DNA of 64,000 nucleotides from Piromyces finnis finn (Eukaryota; Fungi; Neocallimastigomycota): NCBI GenBank assembly GCA_002104945.1, contig MCFH01000003.1, positions 744,001 to 808,000 of the forward strand, read 5' to 3'. Shown piece by piece: positions 13,331 to 34,648 of this stretch (position 1 is its first letter; each line of letters starts with the position of its first letter). The notes under the pieces were generated by a model. It saw only the letters and a program-made list of their open reading frames with translations, ran no database searches and was not told where the DNA came from. The position numbers and the translations under genes were made by a program.

Positions 13331-13665
13331 TTAATATTAAGAATTTATAAATTTTTAGTATTAATATAATCTTTCTTTATATCCATTTTAAAAGAAATAT
13401 TATTATTATAACTATTTCTTTTTTAAAAAAAAAAAACATAATATACTGTTTTAACTATGAAAAACAATATTATAAAAAATAACAATATTTTGTTATTAGA
13501 TGTAATTAATAATAATATCCATTGAAACTTTATAATATTATATAAAATAAATACCTTTAGAATACCAAATATTTCAATAATTTTTTAACTACAGATTCCT
13601 ATTAAAATTTAATAATCTACTTTTTTTTATGTTGTATTTTTATTAAAAAATTAGTTTTATAGAAT

Positions 13666-13745
13666 GCTTGTTTTATTTTTTCATTTTGTTTTTTTTTCTA
13701 AAGGAGCTTGTTTTATTTTTTCATTTTGTTTTTTTTTTCTAAAGG
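13666..13745. repeat. 40-bp direct tandem duplication
   Basis: gcttgttttattttttcattttgtt(t)nctaaagg occurs twice, starting at 13666 and 13706. Confidence 0.85.
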
Positions 13746-13789
13746 ATATTAAGTAATGATAATTACAAAATAAAAAAAGTGCATTGAAT

Positions 13790-14957
13790 GGGAACGGTCA
13801 TTCGTAACTGATATATCAAAACCACTTTCGTCATTAGAGTTCCATCCTTTATTAACTCCAGCACTTATAAATTGGCCAAAGCTAGCGTTTATTTCTGTAT
13901 TGGTTCCTTCACTATAGGATTCATGATACCCAAAAGTATTTGATTGTGATATAGAAGAAGAAACATCATAGGTTATTCCGAATGTACTGCATTTATTCCT
14001 GGAATTATACGTACCTTTGGATATCTCAAGATTAAGACTTTAGGTAGATATGGCACTTCGATATATACTGTTAGACTGCCAGTATTGGATACAGAGTATT
14101 CATTTGATTTTGTTACGTTAATATATATTACACAGAGAGAATGTTCAAAATTTAAATGAATAATTTACAATGATTTATATAATATTTATTATTATTAAAT
14201 TTAATATACATATATAATATCATTATAAAAATATCAATTTAATTTTAATATTTGAAAAGCTAAAATATTATAATAAATATCATTGATTTAATCTTTATTA
14301 TTTTAAACTTTGATTCGAATTTTATTTTACTATAAAAAAAATATTAAAATTTATGATTTTTTATATTTATCATTAAATAAAAGTAGATTTGATTATAGTA
14401 TATATTACTATAATATTATTAAATTTTTTTTTTAAATGGATTTTATGAACAATTTTTAAGAATTTTTTTGTTACACTATTTGCTTTATATTATTAACATT
14501 CGCTTCAACTGTCTTCTCCTATATAAACTTTGTAATAAATGTCCTCGTCACATTCATCTACTATATTATTATCTTTGTCGTATTAAGTAACTGAATTTGT
14601 AAAATTAATTTCATTGTGGATAATTGAAGAATCTAATTCATTATAAGTGAAAACTTCGACACATCTAATTGGCTTAGAACTGTAACTTTTTGCAAGTTCT
14701 TTATCACATTCTTCAAAAAAAACTTTTGAGCAATCGATATTATAATCAGTGATACCACTAAGTCTTTCAAGTCTAATTTTTGAGTACTTTGTAAAATTTT
14801 CTTTTTTGAAATTTGCATCATTATAATATAACCATCCATTCAATTGATATTTTTTATTCTTAATATTATTTATTAAATATTCTGATTTTTCATTAGTAGT
14901 GCTATTCCCAACTAAAAATAATACATTAGATTCTTCTTTTCCTGGTTTGTATGATAT
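13790..14957 (-). pseudogene. Degraded protein-coding relic with frameshifts and stops; unknown family, S/T-rich distal part
   Basis: GC is locally elevated and protein-like frames are broken by frameshifts or stops: ISYKPGKEESNVLFLVGNSTTNEK.../LNGWLYYNDANFKKENF...FTNSVT*/YDKDNNIVDECDEDIYYKVYIGEDS*. After an AT-rich gap comes ...SLNLEISKGTYNSRNKCSTFGITYDVSSSISQSNTFGYHESYSEGTNTEINASFGQFISAGVN/KGWNSNDESGFDISVTNDRSHS. Confidence 0.5.
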
Positions 14958-16618
14958 CTATTAGGTTAGATAATAATTTATTAGGTATATCTGGATTTTT
15001 TAAATTTTAATAATAAATAAAGTTTTAAAAATTTAATTTATATTTTAATAATTAAGGTTTTAATTTTTAATATAAATTAATTAAAATTAAAAATTGCCTC
15101 GTGCTTTAAAGGTTTTTTTTTATTTTATTAAATTTTACTTTTTTTAAGTATTTATTTTTGCAGCTTTTTTTTTTGTTGTTGTTGTTGTTGTGGCTATTGT
15201 AAAAACAACTTTATTTGTTTTTTTTTTGGTATTATTGAATGGTGTTTAATGCAAAGATACTTTTTTATTTAAAAAAAAGTTTTTATTTAAAATATAATTT
15301 TTTAATTTCAAAAAATTAATTAATCCATCATCATCATGAATTATGCGGTCCATTTTTATTATTATTATTATAATATTAAAAAAAATTTTTTTTGTTAAAA
15401 GGCAATTTAAACTTTATTTTTATTATTATTGTTGTTATTGTTATTGTTGTTATTAATGTTCATTTTTTTCTTTTTCTTCTTCTTGTTATCTTTTTATCTT
15501 CATATCTTTTTACTATAAAATAAAAAATAGTTTTTTTTTTTTTAAAATTTTCTTTCTTATAATAATTTATTTAATTCATCCATTTACTTTTCCAATTATT
15601 TATTTAATTTTATAATTTTAATTCATTTACTTGTGATAATTTTTATTTTTTTGATTTGCTTTCTCCTTTTTTTCTTTTTTTTTTTAAAGGAGTACAAAAA
15701 AAAAATTAGAAAACTTTCAACCAATAAAATTTATCGATAAAACTTTAAAAGATAAATTTTTTTTTTATGGATTATTTTATTTTATAAAAATTAAAAAAAA
15801 AAAGTAATTCAAAAAAAAAAAAAAGAAAAGAAAAAAAAACCATTTTCATGGGAAATTGAAACAAAAAAAAAAAAACATAAAAACAAACCAACCAACAATA
15901 ATAAAAAAGAAAAATAAAAAAAAAAGAAAAAAATATTGAATTTGAATAAAACTTATTTTAATTATTAAAAAATTTAATTTTAATGAAATGTACCATCACT
16001 CTTTTTAGTCTTTCATGAATAATCTTTTTTTTTTTTTTCAAAATTTAAAAAAAACAACAAAATTAATAGAAATTAAAAAGTTAACAATAAAAAAAAAACC
16101 TAATAAACTAACTTATTATTATTTATAAAAAGAAAATAAAAATATTAAATACTTTTAATAACAAAACAATAGAATATTATAAATACTCTATAATACCTTA
16201 CCAACAAGTATTATTAAAAAAAAAAAAAAAAATCAACAATATATTACTAATTATTATGATTAAAAAATAATATTTAATAGTAAAAATCATTATACTTTTA
16301 TGAATAGAGTGTAACAACATAAAAACTAGAAAAATGTTATATATCATTTATATATAATTTATTAACAAATTTTGGATTACTCTTCTTCTATGTAATAAAT
16401 TATATATAGAATTTAACTTTTTCTACACTTGAAATAAAATAATAAAATAGAAAAATATTTAATAAAAAATTATAATAATAGAATTAATTAAAAAAAAAAA
16501 ACTTATCAAATATTTTTACTATTATTCCAACTATAATTCTTTTTTTTTTTTTTAAAGAAAAAAAAAAAGTTTAAAAAAAAAGAAAAATTAAAAATTTTAT
16601 AAATATTTTAAAAGAAAA

Positions 16619-18231
16619 ATGATATTAACAGATAATCAAAGTGTTACCCTTCAATTTATTGTTGAACTAAGTTCTATATTATCAGTTATAGGAAGTGGTT
16701 CAATTATAATCTCAAATATTTTCACAGGAAATATTTTTGGAAGGGATAAATTTTGGAACAGAATTATATTCTTTATGAGTTTTTGGGATTTATGTGGTTC
16801 AATAAATCTTTTATTAAAACTGTAATTATTACTTTTTTATAATAATAATAATAAGTAAAATTTATTATATACTTTACAAAAAAAAAAAAAAAAACTAATA
16901 AATATATTTTTGAAAAAAAAAAAACTTATTAATAGACCTATTATCTCATGGGGAGGTAATTTTTGTAAATTTCAAAAATTATCCGCTCATTTCTTTTACT
17001 TAAATTCCATTTTTTGGACTGCTGCTATCGCATCTTTCATTTTATTCATCGTCATATATGATAAGAAAATTAAAGATATTCAACGCTTTGAATACGTTTT
17101 TCACATGGTTATATTAAGTTTGAGTTTTGTTTTAACTCTTCCTATATATACCATAGAAGATTCTACTAAGGAAGTGGGTTTAGGTGAAGGGATTTCATGG
17201 TGTTGGAATTCAAAAGATAATGGAAGATATAAATTATATATATTTTATATTCCTCTTTGGATCGTCTTTATCTTTAATGCATCTATCTACATATTAATAG
17301 ATATCATATGTAATAAAAAAGGAATTAAACGTATTAATAATAATACTATTTATTTTAAAAATTCAATTGTCAAACGCTCTGATTTATATTTATTAGTTTT
17401 TTTTATTACCTGGTAATTATATTAGGAATTCAAAAAAAAAAAAAAAAAACATAATATGTAAAAAAAAAAAAACAATACTTTTATTAAAATTGTTATTAAA
17501 CATATATATATATTATATTTATAGGATTTGGGGTTCTGTTAACCAATTTTACAAAATGAATAATGAAAATCCAATATTTATATTATATTTACTTCACGCG
17601 GTAAATATTACATTTAAAAATAATTATATTATTATAAATTTTTTTCTTTTTATTTATATTTTTGATTTCTAAATTTTTATTATTGTATTATATATAATAA
17701 AAGATATTTGCTCCTTTACAAGGATTTTTGAATTCTTTAGTCTATTTTTGGTCTTCTGTTTTAGAACATACTTTTGAATTAAGAAAAATAAAAAGTACAC
17801 CAATGGATCATCATGATCTTCGTTATGAAAATAATACTTACAATAATAATTTTAATATCTTTATGAAAAGTAAAAAAAGTTTGGAAAGTTTAAACAAATA
17901 TTATAAATCCAATGAATATAAAATACAAATTCCTTCTCCTAGAGACGATGAAACCATAACCAATGATAAATCCTTATTAATAGATAAATTTAATTCTGAA
18001 AAAGGTTATTATAGACATGATTTACCGGCGATACCAACTACTATGAGTATGAGTAGTCATAATTTTGTAAATTATGATAATGATCTAGCTTTTAACAATG
18101 ATTTCAAATCAAAATCTAAACATTTTTCATTAAATATACATGATGACAGGTCAAAATCATTGAAAATCACTATTAATAAAAAAAATACGAAATCAATGAT
18201 AATAAAATCAAATAGCGTTTTTAATGTTTAA
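16619..18231 (+). CDS. 7TM GPCR, Dictyostelium cAMP-receptor-like (CAR/Crl) family, copy 2 (4 exons)
   Basis: Paralog of 11504-13073 with introns at equivalent positions (after TM2, FITW|IWG, LHA|IFAP). Motifs include FCKFQ before TM3, ISWCW in ECL2, YIFYIPLW (TM5) and IFAPLQGFLNSLVYFW (TM7). Confidence 0.87.
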
Positions 18232-19591
18232 ATTTTTTGCTTTCTATCAATAAAAAAAAAAAAAATCATTAATTTATTTTAAAATTTTAAAAGCGACGAT
18301 AACTAATTTCAATTTTGATAATCTTTTTTTTTTTTTTTTCAATTTATACCAATTATCAAAAAAAAAAAAATATAGATAGAAAAAAAAATTAAAAATAATT
18401 TATTTTAGTTTATTAGAATTCAATTATTTAGTTTATATATAGAGTTTATCAGTTTTGATATTATAGAATTATAGAATTCAATAGTAGTTTTTAACTTATT
18501 CAAATAATTTACTAAAAAAAAAAAAAGATTTTTTTTTTTTAGTATTTTTAAAATTATTTAAATTATTTACAAAAGAAAAATTTCAAAAATACAAAATACC
18601 TATTTTATATATTAAAACAACAACAGAGTAAACAAACAAACAAACAAACAAACAAACAAAAAAAATATAAAAATAAAATGTAATACAAAACAAAAACAAA
18701 AAACACAAATGCAAAAACACCAAAAACAACAACAAAAGCAAAAATTAAAACAGTATAATAAATAACATAATTAAAAGCAAAAGCAAAATTAAAAGTAAAA
18801 CCAAATATAAAAATAAAAATAAAAAAAAAAAAATATTTAAATGCCTATTAATTTTTAATATAAATATAAAATCAATATGATTTTGTAATCTTTTTTTTTA
18901 TTATAAATCTTTAAAAATTAAGGCAAAGTTATTAACCCAAGAATAAAACCAAATATGGTTCAAAAAAAAAAAAAAAAAAAAAAAAAATATTGTATATTAA
19001 ATAAAATAAATATGGTATTTTAAAGTGATTTTTTAAAAATAATCCCATAATTTTATATATATATATATTGTTTTTTTTTTTAATATATTAATAATAAAAA
19101 AAATTAATAAAATAAACTTGAAGAACAAAAAAAAAAAAGTTTACCCTTTTTTTTCATTTCTTTCCATTTTGATTTTGATTTGATTTTATATAAACATGAT
19201 AAATACCTTTTGTGTATTCTTTTCATTATAAATTACTTTTTTTTTAAAAAAAAAAAAAAAAAATGGAGGATGATATATCAAAATAAGATCATTACTCATA
19301 ATATTAAAAAATACCTTTAAAAAAAAAAAAAAAAACTGGTATAATTTTATTTTATTTTCATTCCTTCGTTAGTACTATATTGATGATGATCATAAATTAC
19401 CTTCTCATTTAATATAGAAGAAGGAATAAATAATTTATATTTTAAAATGTAATTTTTTTTTTAATTATTATTATTTTATTAATCTATCTATCTATATTAT
19501 ATTATTATATATTTTATATACAATTTTACGGTTATATTAAATATTTATTTTTAATTATCCATTCATAGATTATCATTAATAATAAAGTAAA

Positions 19592-27758
<8,167 letters not shown>

Positions 27759-29061
27759 TGTTGTATATTTTTTTAATTATAAATTAAATACTACTACTAT
27801 TAGGTGATTCTATGAATAAAAAGACATTTATTGTTAAATATATATTGTTTAATTATTGTTGTTGTTTCTTTTTGTTATAATGTATTTTTACTTTTATTTA
27901 TAAATACATAACTATTAAATTGAAATTATTTTTGATAGTAATTTTCTTTTCATTAAAAAAAAAATTATTAATATTTATTCAATGCTTTTGTGAAATAGGT
28001 ATTTTTTTTTAAAAAATATATATAGATATAGATAAAATATAAAAAAATAATAAAAATTATTATAAAAACAATAAAAAGAAAAATACTATTAAAAGGGGAA
28101 AATACATTATAATTTAAAAATTAAATTGTTATTCTTTTCTTTTACTATAAATTAGGATTTCTTTTTTTTTTTAAAAAAAAAAAATAAAATATTGAGAAAA
28201 AAAAAAAAAAAAAGATAAATTTTATATATATTTTCTTTTCTTATTAAAATAAAAAAAAATAAAATTATTGGATATTATTAATTAAAAATAATTAAATCTT
28301 TTAATTATAACAACAAAAAAAATATCCACATTATAATAATTATAATAAGGAAAAATAATGATGTCAATATGAAAAAAGGTATGATGATAAGAAAGATTAT
28401 TCAACAAATAAAATAATAGTGTTGATATTATTGATCTCATTACAGATTGAAAATGCATATAGATGCATATAGATAATTAACTAATAAAAAAAATAAGTAA
28501 AAACGATTATTGGAAGAGTAGATACACCCTAATAAAATAAAATAATAAAAACATATAATCTTTTGGATTACCATTTGATTATTGCATAATATTATTAATA
28601 TGACAGGATAATATAAAATTTTTGTGAAATGAAACTTTATTTCAAATAACAGATAATAAGAAATGAGTTTATTTGTTTTTCTTGTATATATTTTTATAAA
28701 TTTGAAAATAATTTTATTTTATGTTAATTTATATATAGTTTATTTTAATATGTTTATTAATAATTATAAATATACTAATATTTAATTATGGGTTTTTTTT
28801 ATTATTATTATTATTAATTATTTTATGTATATATATGTTATTCCATTTAAATAGAATTTATTTTGGGTGGTAATAATGTATTATTTTACTGATTATATCT
28901 ATATCTATTATTTAATAGTGTTATAATTATTTATTTTTATATTTAGCTATTTTTGTATTCCTAATGATAGAAATAATCAGAAAAAAAAAATAGGAATGGA
29001 TGATAAACAATCATTTTTCATGAAAATGTAATAAAAATACTCTTCTTTAAACGTAATTTCA

Positions 29062-30646
29062 CTAATTAGGTACGCATTGAGCGTAATAATCACTCCAGGA
29101 AACACATTTAGAATTTCCACTTTTACAACAAGTAGGGCCAGAATAACCAATACCACCACATTGGTCATAATCATCAACACAAGAGGTAGGTTCTGGCTTA
29201 TTTGTAGTTGTTGTAGTTGTTTTTGTTGTAGTTTTAGTAGTTGACTTTGTTGTTGATTTTACAGTAGTAGTAGTAGTAATAGTTTTGGAAGTTTTGGTAG
29301 TTTTTACATTACTTTTTCTGATATTACACCATTCATATTCTCCGGTTTCAGGGTTTCTTTCAAGACTCCATTCTCCATTTTTATCTAATGCTACGACTTC
29401 TGCATTTGGATCAGTACAACATTTATAACCTAATGAATATTTATATATAAAATTATTTAATATTTAATATATTTTTATTGTATATTTTAATAATTCTTAT
29501 AATGAATACTATGATTAATTTTTTTTTAAAAGAAAAAAATTATAAATTTGTATATTATATATATATATACCAATATTAAGAACTGGACAATCATCTGTTG
29601 GAACCGGTTGACTTGTTGTAGTTGAAGATGGTTTTGTTGTTGATTTTACAGTAGTAGTAGTAGTAGTAGTTTTGGAAGTTTTGGTAGTTTTTACATTACT
29701 TTTTCTGATATTACACCATTCATATTCTCCGGTTTCAGGGTTTTTTTCAAGACTCCATTCTCCATTTTTATCTAATACTACGACTTCTGCATTTGGATCA
29801 GTACAACATTTATAACCTAATGAATATTTATATATAAAATTATTTAATATTCAATATATTTTATTGTATATTTTAATAATTCTTATAATGAATACTATGA
29901 TTAATTTTTTTTTAAAAGAAAAAAAAATTATAAATTTGTATATTGTATATATATATACCAATATTAAGAACTGGACAATCATCTGTTGGAACTGGTTGAC
30001 TTGTTGTAGTTGAAGATGGTTTTGTTGTTGATTTTATAGTAGTAGTAGTAGTAGTTTTTTTAGTGGTAGTTTTTTTAGTAGTAGTAATTTTTGTTGTGGT
30101 AGTTGCAGTGGTAGTAGTAGTTTTAGTTATATTAGATTTTGTAGTTGTAGTAGTGCTAGCTTTTTTTGTTGTGGTAGAACTTACTTCTGGTTCTAATATA
30201 CCACACCAATTATCTTTATCTATACCCCTTTATTTTTAATAATAATTTTAAAAAAAAAAACAAAAAAAAAAAAAAAAGAAATTAATTTTGACTTAATTTC
30301 TTTGTAAATCCTTAAATTATATTTTAAATATATACCATTTTCCATTTTCATCAACATTAACAACTAAAGCTCCTTCCGAGCAACTATTTTTTTTTTAATA
30401 AATAAGTATAGAGATATAAATTACAAATTATTATTAGCATTATTATTATTTGAATTTCAAAATTGATTTGAAAATTTTTAATTTTTAAATTAATAAAAAT
30501 TAAGATTGTTATGTATAATGTATTTTTTTTTTTTTTAAAATTTATTTATCTATTTACCATGGGTATCCTAATTTTCTTGACCAACAAACAAAGTCGGCAT
30601 AGACATATGAAATTATAAATAAAATTAATACAATAAATCTAATCAT
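29062..30646 (-). CDS. Secreted non-catalytic protein: signal peptide, 3 fungal dockerins (NCDD), T/K-rich linkers, CBM1
   Basis: MIRFIVLILFIISYVYA signal; dockerin CWSRKLGYPC|CSEG...ENGKW|GIDKDNWCGI; two near-identical variant dockerins DDCPVLNIG|YKCCTDPNAEVV.LDKNGEWSLE.NPETGEYEWCNI; C-terminal CBM1 SCVDDYDQCGGIGYSGPTCCKSGNSKCVSWSDYYAQCVPN*. Confidence 0.88.
29252..30036. repeat. About 387-bp near-identical tandem duplication (dockerin exon, intron and linker)
   Basis: The anchor gttgatttta recurs at 29252, 29639 and 30027. The coding parts and the intron differ by only a few substitutions. Confidence 0.92.
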
Positions 30647-32227
30647 AGTTATCTTTAATTATATATGCCAACATTTAAGAATGTAAAAATAAAAATAAAA
30701 GTTATTATCATGTATTTTTTAGAAATTTCAAGCTTTCATTATTTAAAATGTATTTTTTATTAATATAAATATAAAATAAATGAAAAAAAAAAATAATTTT
30801 TTATACCTTTATTTAAAATTTCTTTAATTGAAATTACTTTTAATTACTTTTATATATATTTTTATTTATATTTTTCTTTTTAATTTTATATGTTATTTTA
30901 AGTATTTTTTTTTCTTTCTTCTTTTTTAAAAATTAAAAAAAAAGAAATAATTTTATTATTTAATGAATTTCCAATTAAAAAAATGATGTTTAGTTTAAAA
31001 AAATCATTAATAGGAAATAACTTTCAAAATATTCAATATTTTGAATTTTATTTATTTATTTTTTATTATGTTATTTTTTCAACTTTAAAAAGTTATTATT
31101 ATTTTCAATGCTTTTATTCTCCAGAGATTATAAAATTATTTTTGAATTTTTTTTTTTTTTTTTTTGCTGAAATCCTTTTTTTTTTTTTTTTTGTAGATTT
31201 CTTTCTTCTTGCAAAATTTCTTAAAGAATATTAATTTTTATATATTTATTATTATTATTATTATTATTTGTTACTACCAATTCCGCCAATATTTTATTTT
31301 TTTTTTGAGTATAAAGTTTGAGAAAGAATTGTCATTAATATTATTGGTTAAATTTTCTATTGTAACACTTACCTAACCAAACTTTAATTTATATTAAAAT
31401 TGGAAAGAAGAATTTGGGGGTTTAAAAAGATTGTGTGTGTGAAGAAGTTAGAAAAAAAAAAACTTTTACAAAGTATTTTTAATCTTGATATAATTATTAA
31501 ATATTAAATATGATGAATAAGATTAAGTGATCATCACATTTAATATTTAATAATTATATCAAGAATTTATTTATTAATAATAAAATATGGAAAAAAAAAA
31601 AAAAAGGTTATTGTAATATTAATTTGTATGAGCATCAGAAAAGATAAAAATATCATTGAATTGAATAGATGATTACCTATAGGTTTATACAAGTAAATCA
31701 ATATTTCATGATTTACAATAATAAATCATTTGAAAATTTTATATTCTTTATCGGCACTATTAAGGAATACTTTTTCACTTGTTACAATATATGAATTTCA
31801 TATTATGATATAAAACTATTACATGAAAAAATAGTGCTATTCTATCTATCAATTCCCCAAAAAGACATACATACTATTTATTTCAACATTAGTACCTTAA
31901 GGTACTTTAATATTATGATTATATAGCAACATCTAATAATAATAATAAATGCAACCATTTCAAATACATTGATTATGTCAAAAATCCTTCACAATTATCA
32001 CAAATAGGAGGAAAATAGATCTTCCATTCCTTAGATTGAAATGGTATCTTGTAGAATTTTGTCCCTTATAAAAAAAAATCCAACAAACACTCTAATAAAT
32101 AATATTTTATCATTATATGATATATATTATATATAAAATAATTAATAATATATATTCATATCCATATCCATATCCATATTCTTATTCTTATTCTTATTCT
32201 TATTCTTATTCTTATTCTTATTCTTAT

Positions 32228-33162
32228 TCTTGAGGATGATCTGTATACATAATGTAATGAATAATGTGGATAATGTATACAATTTTAGATTAAAATTTTA
32301 ATTAATAAATGTCATATGACCATTTCAACTGATATGGGTTAATTTTATGTAGAAGGAATTTAATTTTACTAATTTATGTTTTATTAATAACTTTATTTAT
32401 TAATACTATTCTGCCTAAATATTAAAACATTAATTCTATCGTTCTTAACTATTAAAACTTTACTAAAAATAAGAAGCCTCTTTAATAATAATTATTCCCT
32501 AGTCTATTTATACATAGAAGGCTTACTTAATAACTAATTGTCCAATGATAATGCTAGAATTATATGGATCATACATCTACATAACTCTTTTACATTACCA
32601 GTTCTTACATTAATAATACATTTACATTACATTCTTTTACAATATAGAATTAATTAATAAAAACTATATAAATTTAATATTAGAAAAATTTACTAATATA
32701 TATAAAAATAATAGGTTCAAGCCACATATTATTTTTATATCACAATCTTTATATTAAATTTTTCAAATTAAATTAAATTTTTTTTTAAAAGTAGATCAAT
32801 AATAGAATAAGAAAACTTTTTTAGTTGACATTACACCTGTAACAAATTTGAATGTATTTTATTGTAAATATATATAAAAAAAGGGATTTCTTCTTTTTAT
32901 ATAATAGTAATATGAATAAATAAAATTTTATTATTTGTTTTAAACAATATTACCTTTTTTTTATAATCTTTTTTTTTATTCTTATTCATATGAATTGAAT
33001 ATTATATTATTGATCTGCTTTTAAAAAAAATTAATTTTATTTGAAAATTTTAATATAAAGATTGAAATGGTCATATGACATTTATTAATTAAAATTTTAA
33101 TTTAAAATTGTATACATTATCCACATTATTCATTACATTATGTATACAAATCATCCTCAAGA
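32228..33162. mobile_element. MITE-like / foldback element with 101-bp inverted arms (32228-32328 and 33062-33162) and no coding capacity
   Basis: The left arm tcttgaggatgatctgtatac...gtcatatgaccatttcaa is the reverse complement of the right arm ttgaaatggtcatatgac...gtatacaaatcatcctcaaga, with 2 mismatches by eye. The interior is about 730 bp and AT-rich. No clear target-site duplication. Confidence 0.65.
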
Positions 33163-33818
33163 TTTAATATTTAAATTTTAATTAAATTTTTTAAAATGAT
33201 AAATTTTAAAAAAGTAATTTTTTTTTGTAATGCTTTTCTGATTTCTACTACTTTTTTATTTTATTTTTTTCCTTTTTCACTATTCTTTTTTTTTTCATTA
33301 TTATCTATTTTTATCTTAAATATCTTAACTATTTTATTCTAATTATTCTAATTATTCTAATTATTGTGGATTGGTCATATGATCCTTTTCCATTTTTAAA
33401 AAATTTTTATTTTCTTAATCGACCAATAAAAATGTCTCAACTTTTATTTTTCTATTTTTTTAAACTACCACAAAATCAATTTTTAGGTTGATCATATGAC
33501 TAGAGAAAAAAGTGTAAAGTCAATAATGAAAATTAAAAAAGTATAAAAAGCAGTTGGTGTTTCTTACTTATTTATTTTGCTAAGCAATTTTAAAACAAAT
33601 CCTTCATTAATAAAAAAAAAGAAAGTAAAGTATTTAAGGGAGATAACGTTTATTTTAAGTATTTTAATAAGTAATTATATAGATATATACATTATACTTT
33701 GCAAAAAAAAAAAAAAAAAAAAAAACTTTATATTTACTTAATAAAAAAGTTTTTAATATAATTTTTAATATAATAGGTTTATCATTGAGTGTGGAGAGAT
33801 TAAACAAAATACTTAAAA

Positions 33819-34345
33819 ATGAAAATCGATCATATTGGTATTTACTGCAAGGATATTCAAAAGATTGCTGATTTCTACTGCAAATATTTTAATGGTACTT
33901 TATCTCAACCAGCCTATCATAATCCAAAGAAAAATTTTACTTCACATTTGATATCTTTTGAATCTGGAGCTAGACTTGAAATTATGCATCAACCAACCAT
34001 TCCAGAAGTTAAGGAAGAACCAATGTCACAATTTATTGGGTATATATATTTCAAATAGTATAATCCCAAAAAAATAAACATTATTAAGCATCATAACCTT
34101 TTATATATATATATATTTTCTTATTAATACCTTTTTCTTTTTTATATATATAAAAATAATGAAATGTGTATAGATTTATTCATATTTCATTCTCTGTTGG
34201 TTCAAAAGAAAATGTTGACAAGTTAGCTGAACAACTTAAGGGTGATGGTTATAATATTATTGATGGTCCAAGAACTACTGGGGATGGTTTCTATGAAGCT
34301 TGTGTTTTAGATCCAGAAAACAATAGAGTTGAATTTACTGTTTAA
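33819..34345 (+). CDS. VOC / glyoxalase (lactoylglutathione-lyase-like) family protein, bacterial type, one intron (34040-34173)
   Basis: The spliced product is MKIDHIGIYCKDIQKIADFYCKYFNG...GARLEIMH...FIG|FIHISFSVGSKENVDKLAEQLKGDGYNIIDGPRTTGDGFYEACVLDPENNRVEFTV*. It has VOC metal ligands (H5, E of LEIM, H of IHIS, E of VEF) and the GPRTTGDG(F/Y)YE motif I associate with Firmicutes/Bacteroidetes VOC proteins. Confidence 0.9.
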
Positions 34346-34526
34346 TTTATTAAATGTATATACACTATACCATCATAATTATTATAAAAAAAATAGTTAT
34401 TCAATATCATATTACGTATATACACTTCTTTTCATATTTATAAATAATCGATAAAACAAAAAAGACTAATATATAATATATACAAATCAAATTATTTAAT
34501 TATTTACACATATACTTTTCATAACT

Positions 34527-34648
34527 ATAATAAGAAAATAAATAAAAACTATAATAATTATAATTATAATAAGAAAATAAATAAAAACTATAATAATTAT
34601 AATTATAATAAGAAAATAAATAAAAACTATAATAATTATAATTATAAT
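34527..34648. repeat. 39-bp minisatellite, about 3 copies
   Basis: taagaaaataaataaaaactataataattataattataa starts at 34531, 34570 and 34609. Confidence 0.85.

Noticed and set aside
29062-30646. Calling the non-catalytic dockerin/CBM1 gene a scaffoldin
   Set aside because: It consists of dockerins, the ligands of scaffoldins, and has no scaffoldin-type repeats or membrane anchor.
31891-31906. Perfect 16-bp palindrome agtaccttaaggtact
   Set aside because: It is isolated, with no associated gene or second copy, and is plausible by chance in 64 kb.
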